From: Lingula anatina
Lineage: Eukaryota > Animalia > Brachiopoda
Assembly: GCA_051362555.1 (NCBI GenBank)
Contig: CM120644.1
Span: forward strand, 3,232,954-3,296,953
DNA length: 64,000 nucleotides
Direction of reading: 5' to 3'
This document shows, piece by piece, positions 25,986 to 37,879 of the stretch (position 1 is the first letter of the stretch; each line of letters starts with the position of its first letter). The notes beneath the pieces are model-generated. The model had not been told where the DNA came from. It saw nothing but the letters and a program-made list of their open reading frames with translations, and did no database searches. A program made the translations under genes and the position numbers.

Positions 25986-27575
25986 TGAAACCAACAATTT
26001 GAGTATTTGGCTTGGGTTTCTAGCAATAGACCCCTTACGTTTTTTTTTGCCTGCAGCTTTTACTGATCTGAAACATATTTAACATCAGTGAAACGGCATC
26101 AGCTCATTAAAATGTCCCGCAGCTGGGTTTTAGACAAATATGTTTTATGTAACCTGAAGTATATGAAAATGACGTAAAGAAGCCGACCGTATAAGCAGTC
26201 ACTTAGGGTAGTTAGGGTACTATAAGAGCTATGATTACTAAACGTTGAGACACTGGTGTTCCTTATTTTCCAGATAACCCCAGTCCTCAATTTCTTGACT
26301 TCTTTGATCGGTTGTTGCACCAGAAGAAGTTTACCGTTTTTCCTCTCCAGCGACAGCACGCGGGATAAGGACCGGACCCCCTGCCAAGGCCGCGTTGGAT
26401 GAAACTGACACGTATCCCAAACGCTAGTGTAAAATGGAAATAAATAAGTAAATCAAAATTTTATGAAAGTATTTGAAGCGGTGAAGGCATGGCATTAACA
26501 ACAAAAAATGGAATGATCAAATTTTGGGCCTATGGATAAAAATAATAAAAGAACAAATTAAATTTATCTTTCGAGCAGCAGAAAAAAAGCATTATGCTGT
26601 ATTTTTTAAATTTTCAGGTCGTATATTTGACCTACTTTTCCCACCCATTCCAAAAGGCAAGGCGAAAACACAGAAAATATTTGGTCAAATTTTTAGGAAT
26701 TTAAGGGGGAAATAAATGCTGCGATATTACTTTAATAAATGATACCAAGGAGTTTTTCAGAAGCGCCACTATCAGTTAAAACACTTCACTGGTGGCATGG
26801 GCTGGGTAAAGCAGCAATGGTTTGCCAGATGTACCCGCTTAATGTACGTCGATCTTTAAAAGCTCATAGTCTATTATCATAAAGACTACTTTACTAGTCG
26901 ATTGTTCGACTTCACCAGTCTAGAAACTGTTCAAGCTATTGCTTTTGTTGCATGTATTTTGGCGACATTGAACCCATAAGCGTCACACCGTATTTTTGTT
27001 TTACTCCAAATTTGATAAACGGATGAAAAATAGACCGTTATTGGAAACCAGCATGATAGGATTACCTTGACGAAGGTTGTGATTTTTTTTCTAAATATTA
27101 CATCAATGTTTTCCCTCGTTTGGTGTCTGTATAATTCCCAGCTTTACTGTCTAGTTTAGGCCAGGGCCGTTATCGATTGTAGCAACAAACACTTTTACGA
27201 ATTTTAATTCTGTTTTTTGTAAAAACTAAATTTTAATACCTAGGTATACGATATATCATTGGTACCCATTTTTTTCAAAGCGGAACTATAAGGTATATAT
27301 GTACAGTTTATTTTAATGATCACTTTAAGGGTAACGGCTTATCCGTTAACATAATCTCCAGACAATCTGATAATGAAGGTTAAAAGTACGGGTCACTGCT
27401 GGTAGTATACTCTGTAATCTGTGCCCATATCCAAAGCCAATTTGGTACAATTTGAATGAGAAAAAAAAATTAAAAAAAAAAAAAAAACAGGTGGGGACGC
27501 TATTAATTAAATCAATTACAATCTCTTTTCTGCACATCCCCACCAGTGACTGGCGGTGGATTAGACGGTGTCTAA

Positions 27576-27620
<45 letters not shown>

Positions 27621-29508
27621 TCTCAAAAAGGATTTAACTCAAGTAATAACAGGCATATATCAATGTATTGTCAATACATACATACATGCATGTGCCCCTG
27701 CAATGAAATCGCATGCTTAGTTTGATAACATGGAAATTCGCTTGTTTTACATGTATCTATGAAAACCACTTAAGTCACATACAAACAGGGTCATATTCAT
27801 AGAATAAGTGATAAATCCCATCGTATGCCATAAGTCCACATGGGTCGTTAATGAAGTGTTCGGGAGTGGTGAAATGATACTGGGGTCGCCATCTTTCATG
27901 ATATAATTGTGGTGTGGGCGGCCGTGGACGTCGGCTGTTGATGCTCGCCGGCTGCAGTATGATGGTCATCAAAAGCAAAGTCAGAGATCTCATCATTTTT
28001 TAACTTATTAGACAAAACCCTAGCTTGCAATGAAAATGGTAGACTCTACATGTCGTGGCAGCAGCCGTGAAAATAGCCCTAAAAGAGCGATGACAGGGAC
28101 TATACAGATGATTGTGTTGAGATGGTTAAACGCCTGGCTGCCTTTTTTTCTCTATGGCCGAACTAAGTGACCCTGGTGTCAGTCGGTGTCCAGACAGCTG
28201 TAAATAAATTAAATGTGTTTACATGAAGAGCCAGTGTGTCTGCTTTTGTTACCTTTCTCGTTGCGTGCACTTAATGTGAGATTATTGCGCTGCCACCTTT
28301 GGGGTTCGATGCTAATCACAGGGTCCACAGGTAGTCTGTTACAGTATTATTGTATCGGCCTTTACTTTTATTTTGTATAGGCATGAAATAAATTACATAA
28401 TTATGTCCATGGTACAGGCCTGTCATTTTAGAGGTCTCCTGTCATCAGAGGGTGATGGTTCTATATATCCTCTTCAAGGGTCACTGTGTCCGGAACAGTG
28501 CAAATTTAACAATGATCTAAAATTATAAACAGGCTTGAAATACGGACACCGTTGTATACTTCACGGTTGGACAGTGCGTTTATACTACTTTTCATATTTG
28601 TGGTCAAAATATTTACGTGTAAATCGCCATGAGGAAATCCAGCGATGACAACAATAATCAGGTTCAATAAGCATTTATGTTCACTCGTTGCTTGTTCAGG
28701 TGCATTCTGCCTATTTGTGGGGAGTCCCACTCTTTTTAAAATTAAAATAATATTTTTTTTTTAATATTAAAATATCAAACCAAGACAAATGATTCTTGAA
28801 CTTAACTTCTTAATCAGATTAATTAACAAGCCATTTTTAGCTCTTTAGACTTAACAAAAAGTATTATAAGGAATTACGGAACACTAACAAGGGGAAAGGC
28901 GAAATAGAGTAGAGGTAACGTACCTGCTCTATTTTGCGTTAAGCTCAGTGCCGAGCTCTGTCTGGTCAAAAAGAAAAAAACATGGCACTGTGAAATTACA
29001 CTAATCACGGTGTCCTACCGAAACATGACACCAGTGGGAGAGTACCAGTGGAGCGTTGAACACGTATTGTGTTCTCTCTTATAATGAAAATCGATTTTCG
29101 TGCAAGGGGTGAAGATGACCGCGTTTATAACCGAGCAATATTCCTTTCATTGGGACGGCGGGTGGCAGATAAATATTTCTAATTGCTTGTGGGCTTGCCA
29201 AAATATAACTTGTTCACTAGCTAGGCAGTTACAGTGGCCCTACCTAAACTGACTTTATGCCGTGCCTTCACACGAAAGACGAATTGTAAAATTCTTCTTT
29301 TTTTTTTTTAATTCACACGTCCCTTCAAAAGGCTGTTTTTATGGGCGATGAATAGTTAAAAAACTACGCATCACACCTTTTAGGTCAAATATACACTTCA
29401 TTTAATTATCCTCAAAGAATTATATCTATAAGTCTTCAAACCTCTTTGTATCATGGACGGTCGCATCATGTTGTCCTAAGCACCACCAGGTTTTTCCCCA
29501 CGCGTTAC

Positions 29509-29766
29509 AGTGGCGAATTTGGGGAGGGGGTGGTCAGGGCCGGTCCTGACCCCCACCTCCTTCGATTTCTGATAAAAATCACACCAATGTTCACCTCTTG
29601 AAATAAGAATTTTGACTAGTTGAAACATAGTTCTAAACCGTACCATATGCCAAAAATTTTCGGGGCCCTTTGGTTGGGGGCGGGAGGATCGGCTTCGCAT
29701 CCGCGGCCTGTCATTCCTATAAACCGCACCCCCCCCCCCTTCCAAATAATCCTTGATCCGCCCCTG
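29509..29766. mobile_element. Putative short hAT-like MITE
   Basis: Termini cagtggcgaat...atccgcccctg, with a GC-rich interior. No clear TSD. Confidence 0.45.
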
Positions 29767-30715
29767 ACCGTTCTATCCCTGCATCACTCAGCACGGCTGT
29801 TTGAAACTGAAGACTGATTTTATTGAGTTTACTTTTGTGGAAGGTAATTTTGTATACCGGCGGCGAAATTTTTAACGTTATTTTTTTTTTATCAGCTCAC
29901 CTCCCCACCAACATGGGGTACACAATCATTGAAATGATCACCCTACGCGTTTCAGATTATGGCCTATTTGTGCCGATTGTTTTAGATGTATACTAGTAAT
30001 TTAGGGCAAAACAAATCTAGAGAAGACAAAAAGTAAATGCCAGATAAAAAAAAGACTTTTAAATACAATACTTAGCTTCAATACTGCAGTAAACAAACAA
30101 ACAAAGAAATGAATGTTTTGTTACAGTAACATGATCCAGAGAATCGAATATCGGTCATTAAAATAATGCGCCGCCTTTAAACAGGTTTGAAACAAAATTA
30201 AAATTTATCTCATATTCTCTTTTGGCGTTTTTTTTAATGCTGCTAGGATAATTTTTGTCCTATTTCCCCCGAAATTTCAGATGCACCCATCGTTACAGGA
30301 CTCTTACTTGGCCATGTGAATGGCTATTTTCACCACAGTGGCAAATGATTTTGAAATATATACAGAACAAAAATACAAAAAAATATCATTGTGCCATGAA
30401 AATATATCACAGGTATAGGATAATTTGATTGAGAAAACCCGAGATGAGATTCTAGACGACAAGTGCCCGGATTATTTCTAACGTCCATACTGCTGATACA
30501 CAAGGCTCCCAGCCTTTAAATTAATGTTCTACATCATACAACACTGACCGTTCAAAGCAATATGGGAACACAACATTGGATTCCTTCTCCATGTAATGTC
30601 AGTGTACCCTGGGCAGTATAAAATATTTGGTTTCTATGCCCGTTTGAGCCGTTTCTAATTAACGATCACTCAAATAATTTTAAACGAAATTTTAGACTGA
30701 CAAGATAAAGCATGC

Positions 30716-31438
30716 CTATTTTTGGGTGACACCTATTTTGACGTGGCGCCGTAAAATAGCAGCAACAGGTATCCTCTCTAATATTTTGAATATCAACAAT
30801 ATCAGAAATGCGTAACAAGTGCATACTAAGAGAATAACATGCGTTTGCAATGAGCCGACTATACCAACAACCGAATGCACGCCACAGAGAAAAGAACAGT
30901 CAAATCTGAAGAATCTTCTAGAAGCAAATTTTGCCTTGACTTTAGCGAGAAGAGTAGAATCAGTAACTTTCGATGATGGAGTTTTCGACTTTCTGTTACC
31001 AGTCCAATATTTATCCCACGTCGTTTTTAACTGATACACCGTCATGCTGGCAACCTCAACATCGTCTCCTTCACAGAAAGCGCGAAGGCCATCACTGGTT
31101 TTACTCTTTGGAAAAATGAGCGTGGTGATCACTTGTCGTCCGTCATTGGCGAATAGTTCCACGGATGACCAGTCAAGAAACATATGCAGTTTAAGCGAGC
31201 CCGCCTGCAGGGTGACGTTTGCATCGTAGAAAACTCCCATATTCTTGGTAATATGGCCGCTCTTGGATCTATCTATGAAAACGTGGCGTTTTATGTGGTT
31301 GTATCCAACAACCGTGTGTTCCCTTTCACCAACCATGAGTTTAAAGCCCACTTTTTGTGTCTTTGGTTTGGGTTTGAGTTGAACGATGATTTCAAGCAAT
31401 CGCCCCTTTACTTTTTTGGACAACAGTGTGTCATTTAT
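30716..31438 (-). CDS. GH32 glycoside hydrolase A, exon 6 (beta-sandwich, linker, hydrophobic segment)
   Basis: tttcag|ATA, phase 0. IDRSKSG and LHMFLDWSSVELFANDG...ITTLIFP are GH32 C-terminal motifs. Confidence 0.9.
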   Translation of the reverse strand: MNDTLLSKKVKGRLLEIIVQLKPKPKTQKVGFKLMVGEREHTVVGYNHIKRHVFIDRSKSGHITKNMGVFYDANVTLQAGSLKLHMFLDWSSVELFANDGRQVITTLIFPKSKTSDGLRAFCEGDDVEVASMTVYQLKTTWDKYWTGNRKSKTPSSKVTDSTLLAKVKAKFASRRFFRFDCSFLCGVHSVVGIVGSLQTHVILLVCTCYAFLILLIFKILERIPVAAILRRHVKIGVTQK

Positions 31439-31790
31439 CTGAAATATTGAACGTGTATAAATTATAGATTCAAGCCTTTAAAATCTTCTCTGACGTAGGG
31501 CTGAGGCCCGTCATCTGAATAATTTGAAATATTAGCTGATCTTTATGTATATTTAACTCAATTTACACAAAGCAGAATAATTCCCAATAAATTATGAATA
31601 TATATAGTTAGTTGACATGTAGTTGTTGACTTACTTTAACTAAACCAGGCATACTGATTTTTTTTTAAATAAAAGCAAATTAAAACAACTAATAAGAAAA
31701 AAAAAATAAATGAAAAGATTAGGTTGGTTAGTTTGATCACATAAATGGTGACCAAGATCGACAGTAAATCAAAAAGCTAGGATCACTTAC

Positions 31791-31971
31791 AGACGCAATG
31801 GTGGTGTTATTAAATTCCCAGACAACCCCAGTCCTCAATTTCTCGACTTCTTTGATCGGTTTTTGTACAAGAAGAAGTTCTCCCTTTTCCCTCTCCAGTG
31901 ACAGCACGCGGGTTAAGGACTGGGCCCCCTGCCAAGGTCGCGTTGGATGACTTCTACATGATTCCCATACG
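31791..31971 (-). CDS. GH32 glycoside hydrolase A, exon 5
   Basis: ccag|...|gtaagt, phase 2 to 0. PTRPWQGAQSLTRVLSL...LLLVQKPIKEVEKLR. Confidence 0.9.
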
Positions 31972-32362
31972 CTGGTGTAAAATGTTTTAATTAATTAATT
32001 AATGGACGGCGTGGAAAATACATTTTAAAACATAATTTAATTTAATTCTTTTACGTTAAAATAAACTCGTGAAATTGAAAGAAATATTTGGTGGAGTCCG
32101 ATTGTAAGCAGACAAAACACTGACAGGTGATGTAACATTTTTGTCTTCATGCTATTAAAAAATTGCTTTTTAGATAAGTTAATTTCTATTTTTATAAAGA
32201 AGGAAATTAATTTATTGAGGAATAAAAAGGAAAGCATTAAATGGATGGATTGTAAGTGTTTCAGTGATTCGATGGCCAAATGGAAGCCAAATGATGAACA
32301 ATAAGCTTAAACCCATTAGTAGCTTACACTACAGAGAAAAAAAGAGAAAATTTTGGCCTCAC

Positions 32363-32495
32363 CACATCCACCCTGTAATCAACACTCGATCGTCCATATA
32401 ATTAGTCCACGTCTGAATGGCGGTGAAGTCGGGACCAAAGTCTAAAATTTTGGCCTTGGTTTGGTCAGCAGTAAACTTTTTCCCGTCAAATTCCC
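32363..32495 (-). CDS. GH32 glycoside hydrolase A, exon 4
   Basis: ttcag|...|gtgagg, phase 1 to 2. GEFDGKKF...LDFGPDFTAIQTW...ITGWM. Confidence 0.9.
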
Positions 32496-33286
32496 CTGAA
32501 AAGAGTAAATGTAGATAGAAGCATCTCCTCGTTTTTTTACTCGGTATTCACGTCTAACTTATTTTTATTTACATGTTATGTATTATACCAAATCAACGTA
32601 TTTTGGCGTTCTAGGAATTTGATGCGGCACCATTAGGCGACTCCTAGCCTTGACACTTGAATATCTCCAAGCCACCGGTGGGGGGGGGGGGGGGGGGGGG
32701 GGGGTTAGTAGGTAAGACAAAGTGGTTAAGTTGTTAATAATTATTTGAAATAAGAATTAAAAAAGTGTAATAAATTAGATTTCCTCGAAATCAAGGTCGG
32801 TCGCGCTCAATAACCAACTGAAGAATTGAGTCTGGCTTAAGTCTTCATTGTTGGCGCCGTTATATTTCAGTATAAAAAAGTTTCTACTGCACAATATTTT
32901 ATTTAATTGGACTACTATTTGGGTCTAAATATTTAGACAAGTTTTAGGGACTACAGTTCTTTTTGGGAAACCTGCCGCAGTAGCTAACAGTCTCAAGGGG
33001 GTGGGAGTTTTTTTTTATGAAAAAAAGTGAACATATTTGTCCCCTTAATTGATCAATAGTGAGAATCGGTAGAAAACTACGATGATTTCATTTTGATACA
33101 GATTGGGCCTTACTCGGCCAAAGGGCGGCGGTTCTTCCGCCTCCCCTTTTCTAACTGGTCTTATTCTGAGAGTATCGAGTCCAGTATATCCGTTAGGCGA
33201 CCTCACCCAAAGTAAACTATAATATAATATAATATAATATAATATAATATAATATAATATAATATAATATAATATAATACTCATAC

Positions 33287-33672
33287 CAGTCCAATACATT
33301 ACAGTGCGACGAGGCCGTGAGTAAGCTCCGGTCATGGACGGCAAAACCCACTTCGATATATTTTCACCTTGCACTTTTAGTTCAACGAAATTTGGTGTCT
33401 CCCATTCTTTGTTAAATATCAGTCCTTCTGGGCCTTTCTGACTCAAGTATGTCCAATTTTTCAGATCTGGGGAAGAATAAAACTGTACTGCTCTTTGCCC
33501 CATTGCTTGTGCAACCACCATTAGCCAGCGGTCTGATGGTTTATGCCACATTACTTTCGGGTCTCGGAAGTGGCTTTTTCCAGTTCTCAGAACTGGATTC
33601 TTGTCATACAACGTCCATGTTATCCCGCCGTCCAAACTATAGGCAAGTCGCTGATCCGATTCGATGAAGGTC
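33287..33672 (-). CDS. GH32 glycoside hydrolase A, exon 3 (RDP and acid/base Glu motifs)
   Basis: ttaag|...|gtatga, phase 2 to 1. QRLAYSLDGGITW, FRDPKV, YSSPDLKNW, WETPNF. Confidence 0.92.
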
Positions 33673-34024
33673 CTTAAGAAATGCAAAGTGAAAATGCTAG
33701 TTGGAAGATCTACATTTGACCATATTGGCCTAAATATATACTGTACATACATAAACTGATTAGTTGATCTTTAATAAGGAGCCCTTATATCTTCAACTTA
33801 ACGGTTATAACTGAAACATAAATCATCATCGTCATTATTATTATTATTATTATGATTATTAATATTATCATTATTATAAAAACACTGATTAATTATTGAT
33901 TTAGGGATGGCAATCGGATGGTTTGTTTCTAACTTTGCGCGAGACTAAAGCCTCGTTCTGAATTACATCTCGAGCAATCGGCCTCTGCTCAAAACCCAAG
34001 CAAAAGAAGTCTTGCTGCACTTAC

Positions 34025-34226
34025 GCGACTTGTCCAGTGAAAATGATAACCATGGCAGTGGCTCTGTCGGTGGAAAACCCAGTGGTATTTTGAAAATCCA
34101 TCACCGCACTGCCGCTAAAAGCCAAGATTCCAGCCTGTTCGGGTATGGCGAGTGGCCAAATCTCCCAATGAAGCAAATCCGTGCTCACTGCATGCCCCCA
34201 GCTACTGTACAATGTAGGTCCCTTAC
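34025..34226 (-). CDS. GH32 glycoside hydrolase A, exon 2
   Basis: ttcag|...|gtaagt, phase 1 to 2. WGHAVSTDLLHW, FSGSAVMD.NTTGF. Confidence 0.92.
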
Positions 34227-34432
34227 CTGAAAATATTTAATGTATAGTTTATGTCTGCACAGATGCTGTATGTGTCTGTTTATATTCTCTGTCTGTCCCT
34301 GTCGTCGTTGTCGCATGAAAGTTCGACACATCAGTTCTTAAAACCGCCAAAACTCAGTTTCGTTTTACTTTCAATTTACTCTGCGTGGGTTTGTTTGGTT
34401 AAAAGGTTCTTTCGAAAATCATCATCGGATCA

Positions 34433-34998
34433 GAGAAGAATTTCATCAGCTGTGTTAAGTTATAAGAATGATGTGATTTTTTCTTCAGACAACAGCTAAT
34501 ATTGAGATAGGTTTTACCTCCAATATTTCGATGTCTATCTGAACATCTTCTTCAGAGAATGAGGCTATCCAGGTGAATAGCCTCTACTCAGGAGGTGTAC
34601 TTGCACCTGAGAAATTGCGGATATCCGGAATGGGCATTAAAAGAAGGAGAAAAGATGGGAAAGAAACAAAAACAAAGAAGTGTCCATACCACAGCTCAAA
34701 ACAGTGACGAAAAAGAGAAAAAACAAGTCATTGTTTTACCCTACACCAGGGGGGTCTAGGAACGCTTACAACGGACATTTAAAAAATACAACATTAACTT
34801 GTACAACAAAGCAGGGTTCACCATCCGGAATGCAGTAGTAAGTCCCAAAGACCCAATAGACAACAATGAAAAGTGTGGAGTTGTCTATGAAATGGAATGT
34901 GAGGGGTGTGGTGAGAAATAGACCTTGAAATATTGGAGGTAAAACCTATCTCAATATTAGCTGTTGTCTGAAGAAAAAATCACATCACATGCATTCTT
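34433..34998 (+). mobile_element. Truncated Penelope-like retroelement with inverted pseudo-LTR ends
   Basis: About 70-bp inverted repeats (34469-34538 and 34918-34987). Interior reads CGYPEW...VLPYTRGV*ERL...PKDP...KCGVVYEMECEGC (start of GIY-YIG). 14-bp flanking direct repeat tcatcatcggatca. Confidence 0.82.
34518..34560 (-). ncRNA. Candidate minimal hammerhead ribozyme in the Penelope pseudo-LTR
   Basis: Minus strand reads uucu-CUGAAGA-a-GAUGU(loop)ACAUC-GAAA-uauu-ggag. Confidence 0.5.
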
Positions 34999-35672
34999 TC
35001 ATCATCGGATCATTTTTTTACAAGTTGTAGTATTCTGCCACATTTTGTGTGGCGTTTTGCCACGTTTTGGCGACATATGTCCCATAAGTGTGAGACCGTA
35101 TTTTTATTAAACTTTAAATTTGATAAGACAGGTTGCTATTGAAAATCGACATGATACAACTGTAAGATAATTATTACATGATAGGATTGTAATAACGAAG
35201 AATAATTATTGATATTTCCCCTAAATATTGCTACAAAGTTTTTCGCTGTCATTGCTGGCATCTGTATATTTGCATGTTTTACTGTCTTGTTTGGCTGGAG
35301 ATCATCTTTGTTTGTACCAACGAGTGCTTATACTAAGAAGAGTTTTTTGTTGAAACTAATGAAGTTAGTGGCCCATGGATAATAATGTGACGGACGGTAC
35401 TCAGATTCATTATCCTAGGGTACTAAAATGCTCGGCCTCCACAGGCGACACCTTGCAGAACCAGCGTGCATAATCCGGGGTGTTAACAAAAAATAACCTT
35501 GTGGCGCGTCACTAATGATACGTTGTATTAGAGTAACATGAGACCATGAAAGCATAACTGTCCAACCAAGAAGTTATAAAGAGACTTTTATAACTTCTTG
35601 GTCCAACAATGAGCTGTCATGAGGGTCAGGGCCACTGTAAAGCTAATTTGTTAACTATTCAAACGTTTTCAT

Positions 35673-35733
<61 letters not shown>

Positions 35734-37296
35734 CTTCACAGTTTTGCTGATATGGGTTATATATGAAATCAAGATCGAGCTGGCAAAACTGACATCTAGA
35801 ACCTTAGGTACAATGAGCTCATCCAACCTGAAAATAGAGTCAATATTGGAGGACCATGAACGTCGATGCCTCCACTATGCCTGTCACTTGAAGAAGGACT
35901 ATACTGCTGGTTTATATCTAGGTCAAAGTACAGTAGGGTCAATCTAAATCCTAATATTCAGACCAGTTTTCAGGCTGCAGCTCTTCTGTGCTATTGCCAG
36001 CAGTTTCAGGGGGGAAGGGGGCTACCTGAAATTTAAATTGACTTTTTAACCCCGTAGATGAGCTACACTGAATAATAGCAAAGAATCTAGATTAAATGTA
36101 TCCAGGTTTAATAAATCCAAGTACTCGACCACACGAAAGTCTATTCAAAGCCATAAATACTTTTATGTGCCCTCCATCCCAGCCTACCGCAAACCTCCAA
36201 AGTCTCATTTATACTATATATAGAAAAGAATGGCACCCGGTAGGCCGATATGCTGTTTGAGAGTTGGCCAAATAAGACCGCTTTTATAAATGACCCCACT
36301 GTTCTTATTATTTTTACGATGTAACAATTGGTTGCCTGTATTAGGCCCCCTAAATGTCACGGACCAAGGGATAAAATACATGCCAATTATTTAATAAGAC
36401 CCATCATCCTGAATGTTATGATGTCATGAGTCAGCAATTGTTATTATTTTTAAACATTTCTGCACAAATTTCTCTTTAGATCGTGTCCTCCATACATAAC
36501 ACGTTTTATCATACGTTTATGTGTGTGCATTTCTGTAAGACCCGCTTTACCATACAGAAAAGGTATGAAATAAAGCGATTTGTTTACTCAAAAATGATGG
36601 GTTTTTACCAGGAGAAAACTGACATTGTTTGTTGTGGGTACTTTATTTTTACAGATCTACGTGTAGGTGTCTAAAACAGGTGTTTCGCGCAATAATATAA
36701 ACTGCCAGCAGGTTAATTTCTCTACACCCAAACCCAATATAGAGCTGTAAATGAGGTCACAGGCATGCACTTTGAAAATTAAGTGCACAGGTTAGAAATT
36801 ATGTTTGATAATTTTATGGTCTCACATGAAAAAATAGAATACACATTTTTAATTTTCTTATTTTTTCATGATTGTTATTTCATTTTTCACCATCAAACTT
36901 TCAAATATTTCCAATATATTCTTCGTAAAATATACATTTCTAAATTTCTCATTTTCTCATGTTGGGGGGGGGGGGGGGGGGGTCAGAATTTCGGGGGGGG
37001 GGGGGGGGGATCACATTTTCGTAATGAAAATCTGGCTGGGGAGTCACATTTTAGGGTAGTCAGATTTTCATGGTACACCGGAACACGTTACAAAAAAGCC
37101 CACGGAAATTACATGTGGATTTTTGTTCTATTCACACATCCGTTTTAAAGATTGAATACTATTTTGAATTCATTCATTTTTTTTTGTTACATTTCAGCTT
37201 GTTAAATGCGCCTCTATATTGGATTTGGGTGTTTCATCAGGTGTAAAATTAAGTGAATAATTAGAATAGAATAACAGATTCAAATCTGCTACATAC

Positions 37297-37516
37297 CAGC
37301 TGGATCATATCCATAAAACAAGTGATAAATCCCATCGTATGCGATCAGTCCACAAGGGTCGTTCATGAAGTTTTTGGGAGAGGTGAAGTGATACTGAGGT
37401 CGCCATTGTTCATGATACAATTCAGGGGGAGGTGGCCGTCTAGGTCCACAGTTTGCGATCCTCGATAATATACTAATAGTGAGCACCGTGAGGGTAGTCT
37501 TACTGGTAGGTCCCAT
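37297..37516 (-). CDS. GH32 glycoside hydrolase A (bacterial levanase/exo-inulinase-like), coding exon 1
   Basis: ATG plus signal-peptide-like N-terminus. [24 protein letters not shown]...YHLFY. Donor G|gtatgt. The six exons total 1845 nt (614 aa plus stop) with no internal stop. Confidence 0.92.
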
Positions 37517-37879
37517 CCTTTTCTACACCGCACACTTGTTAGCCTGAAATAGACATGGTAGGTTTCGCTGTTAGAAAAAGACTGGGCGTAATTCAGATTA
37601 CGTGAACAGAAACTGTTTTTTTAATTTAAAAAAAAGTCAATCACTCACGGAGTCGGTGGCGTTTTTAATATTTTTGTGGCCATTTTTTACTTATACGGTA
37701 GACAATGACAGAAGAATCTTTTCGATAAACGGTTTATAACGCTTAACAGCCGCCATGTGATCCTTTGTAGTCAAAAGCACATAGAATTCAAGCTAAGGCA
37801 GCCTTTTGACCGAGAGTGCACATGTGTGGCAGGTTTTAGGGTTAAGGATTGACGGTTTAGAGATTGAAAGGCTGAAGAT

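Larger units (their letters stand above)
23200..27996 (-). pseudogene. GH32 (levanase/inulinase-like) pseudogene, paralog B
   Basis: Exon 1 at 27996-27783 (signal peptide, RPQYHF, FINDPCG). Exons 2-4 not found. Exon 5 homolog at 26423 to about 26240 with no clear donor. Exon 6 has indels at about 26068-25986, is interrupted by a 2.2-kb insertion, resumes at 23795, and has in-frame stops from 23474 onward. Confidence 0.88.

Noticed and set aside
30716-37516. Bacterial contamination as the source of GH32
   Set aside because: The gene has spliceosomal introns containing animal TEs and microsatellites, and is contiguous with GTDC1 and ACLY.
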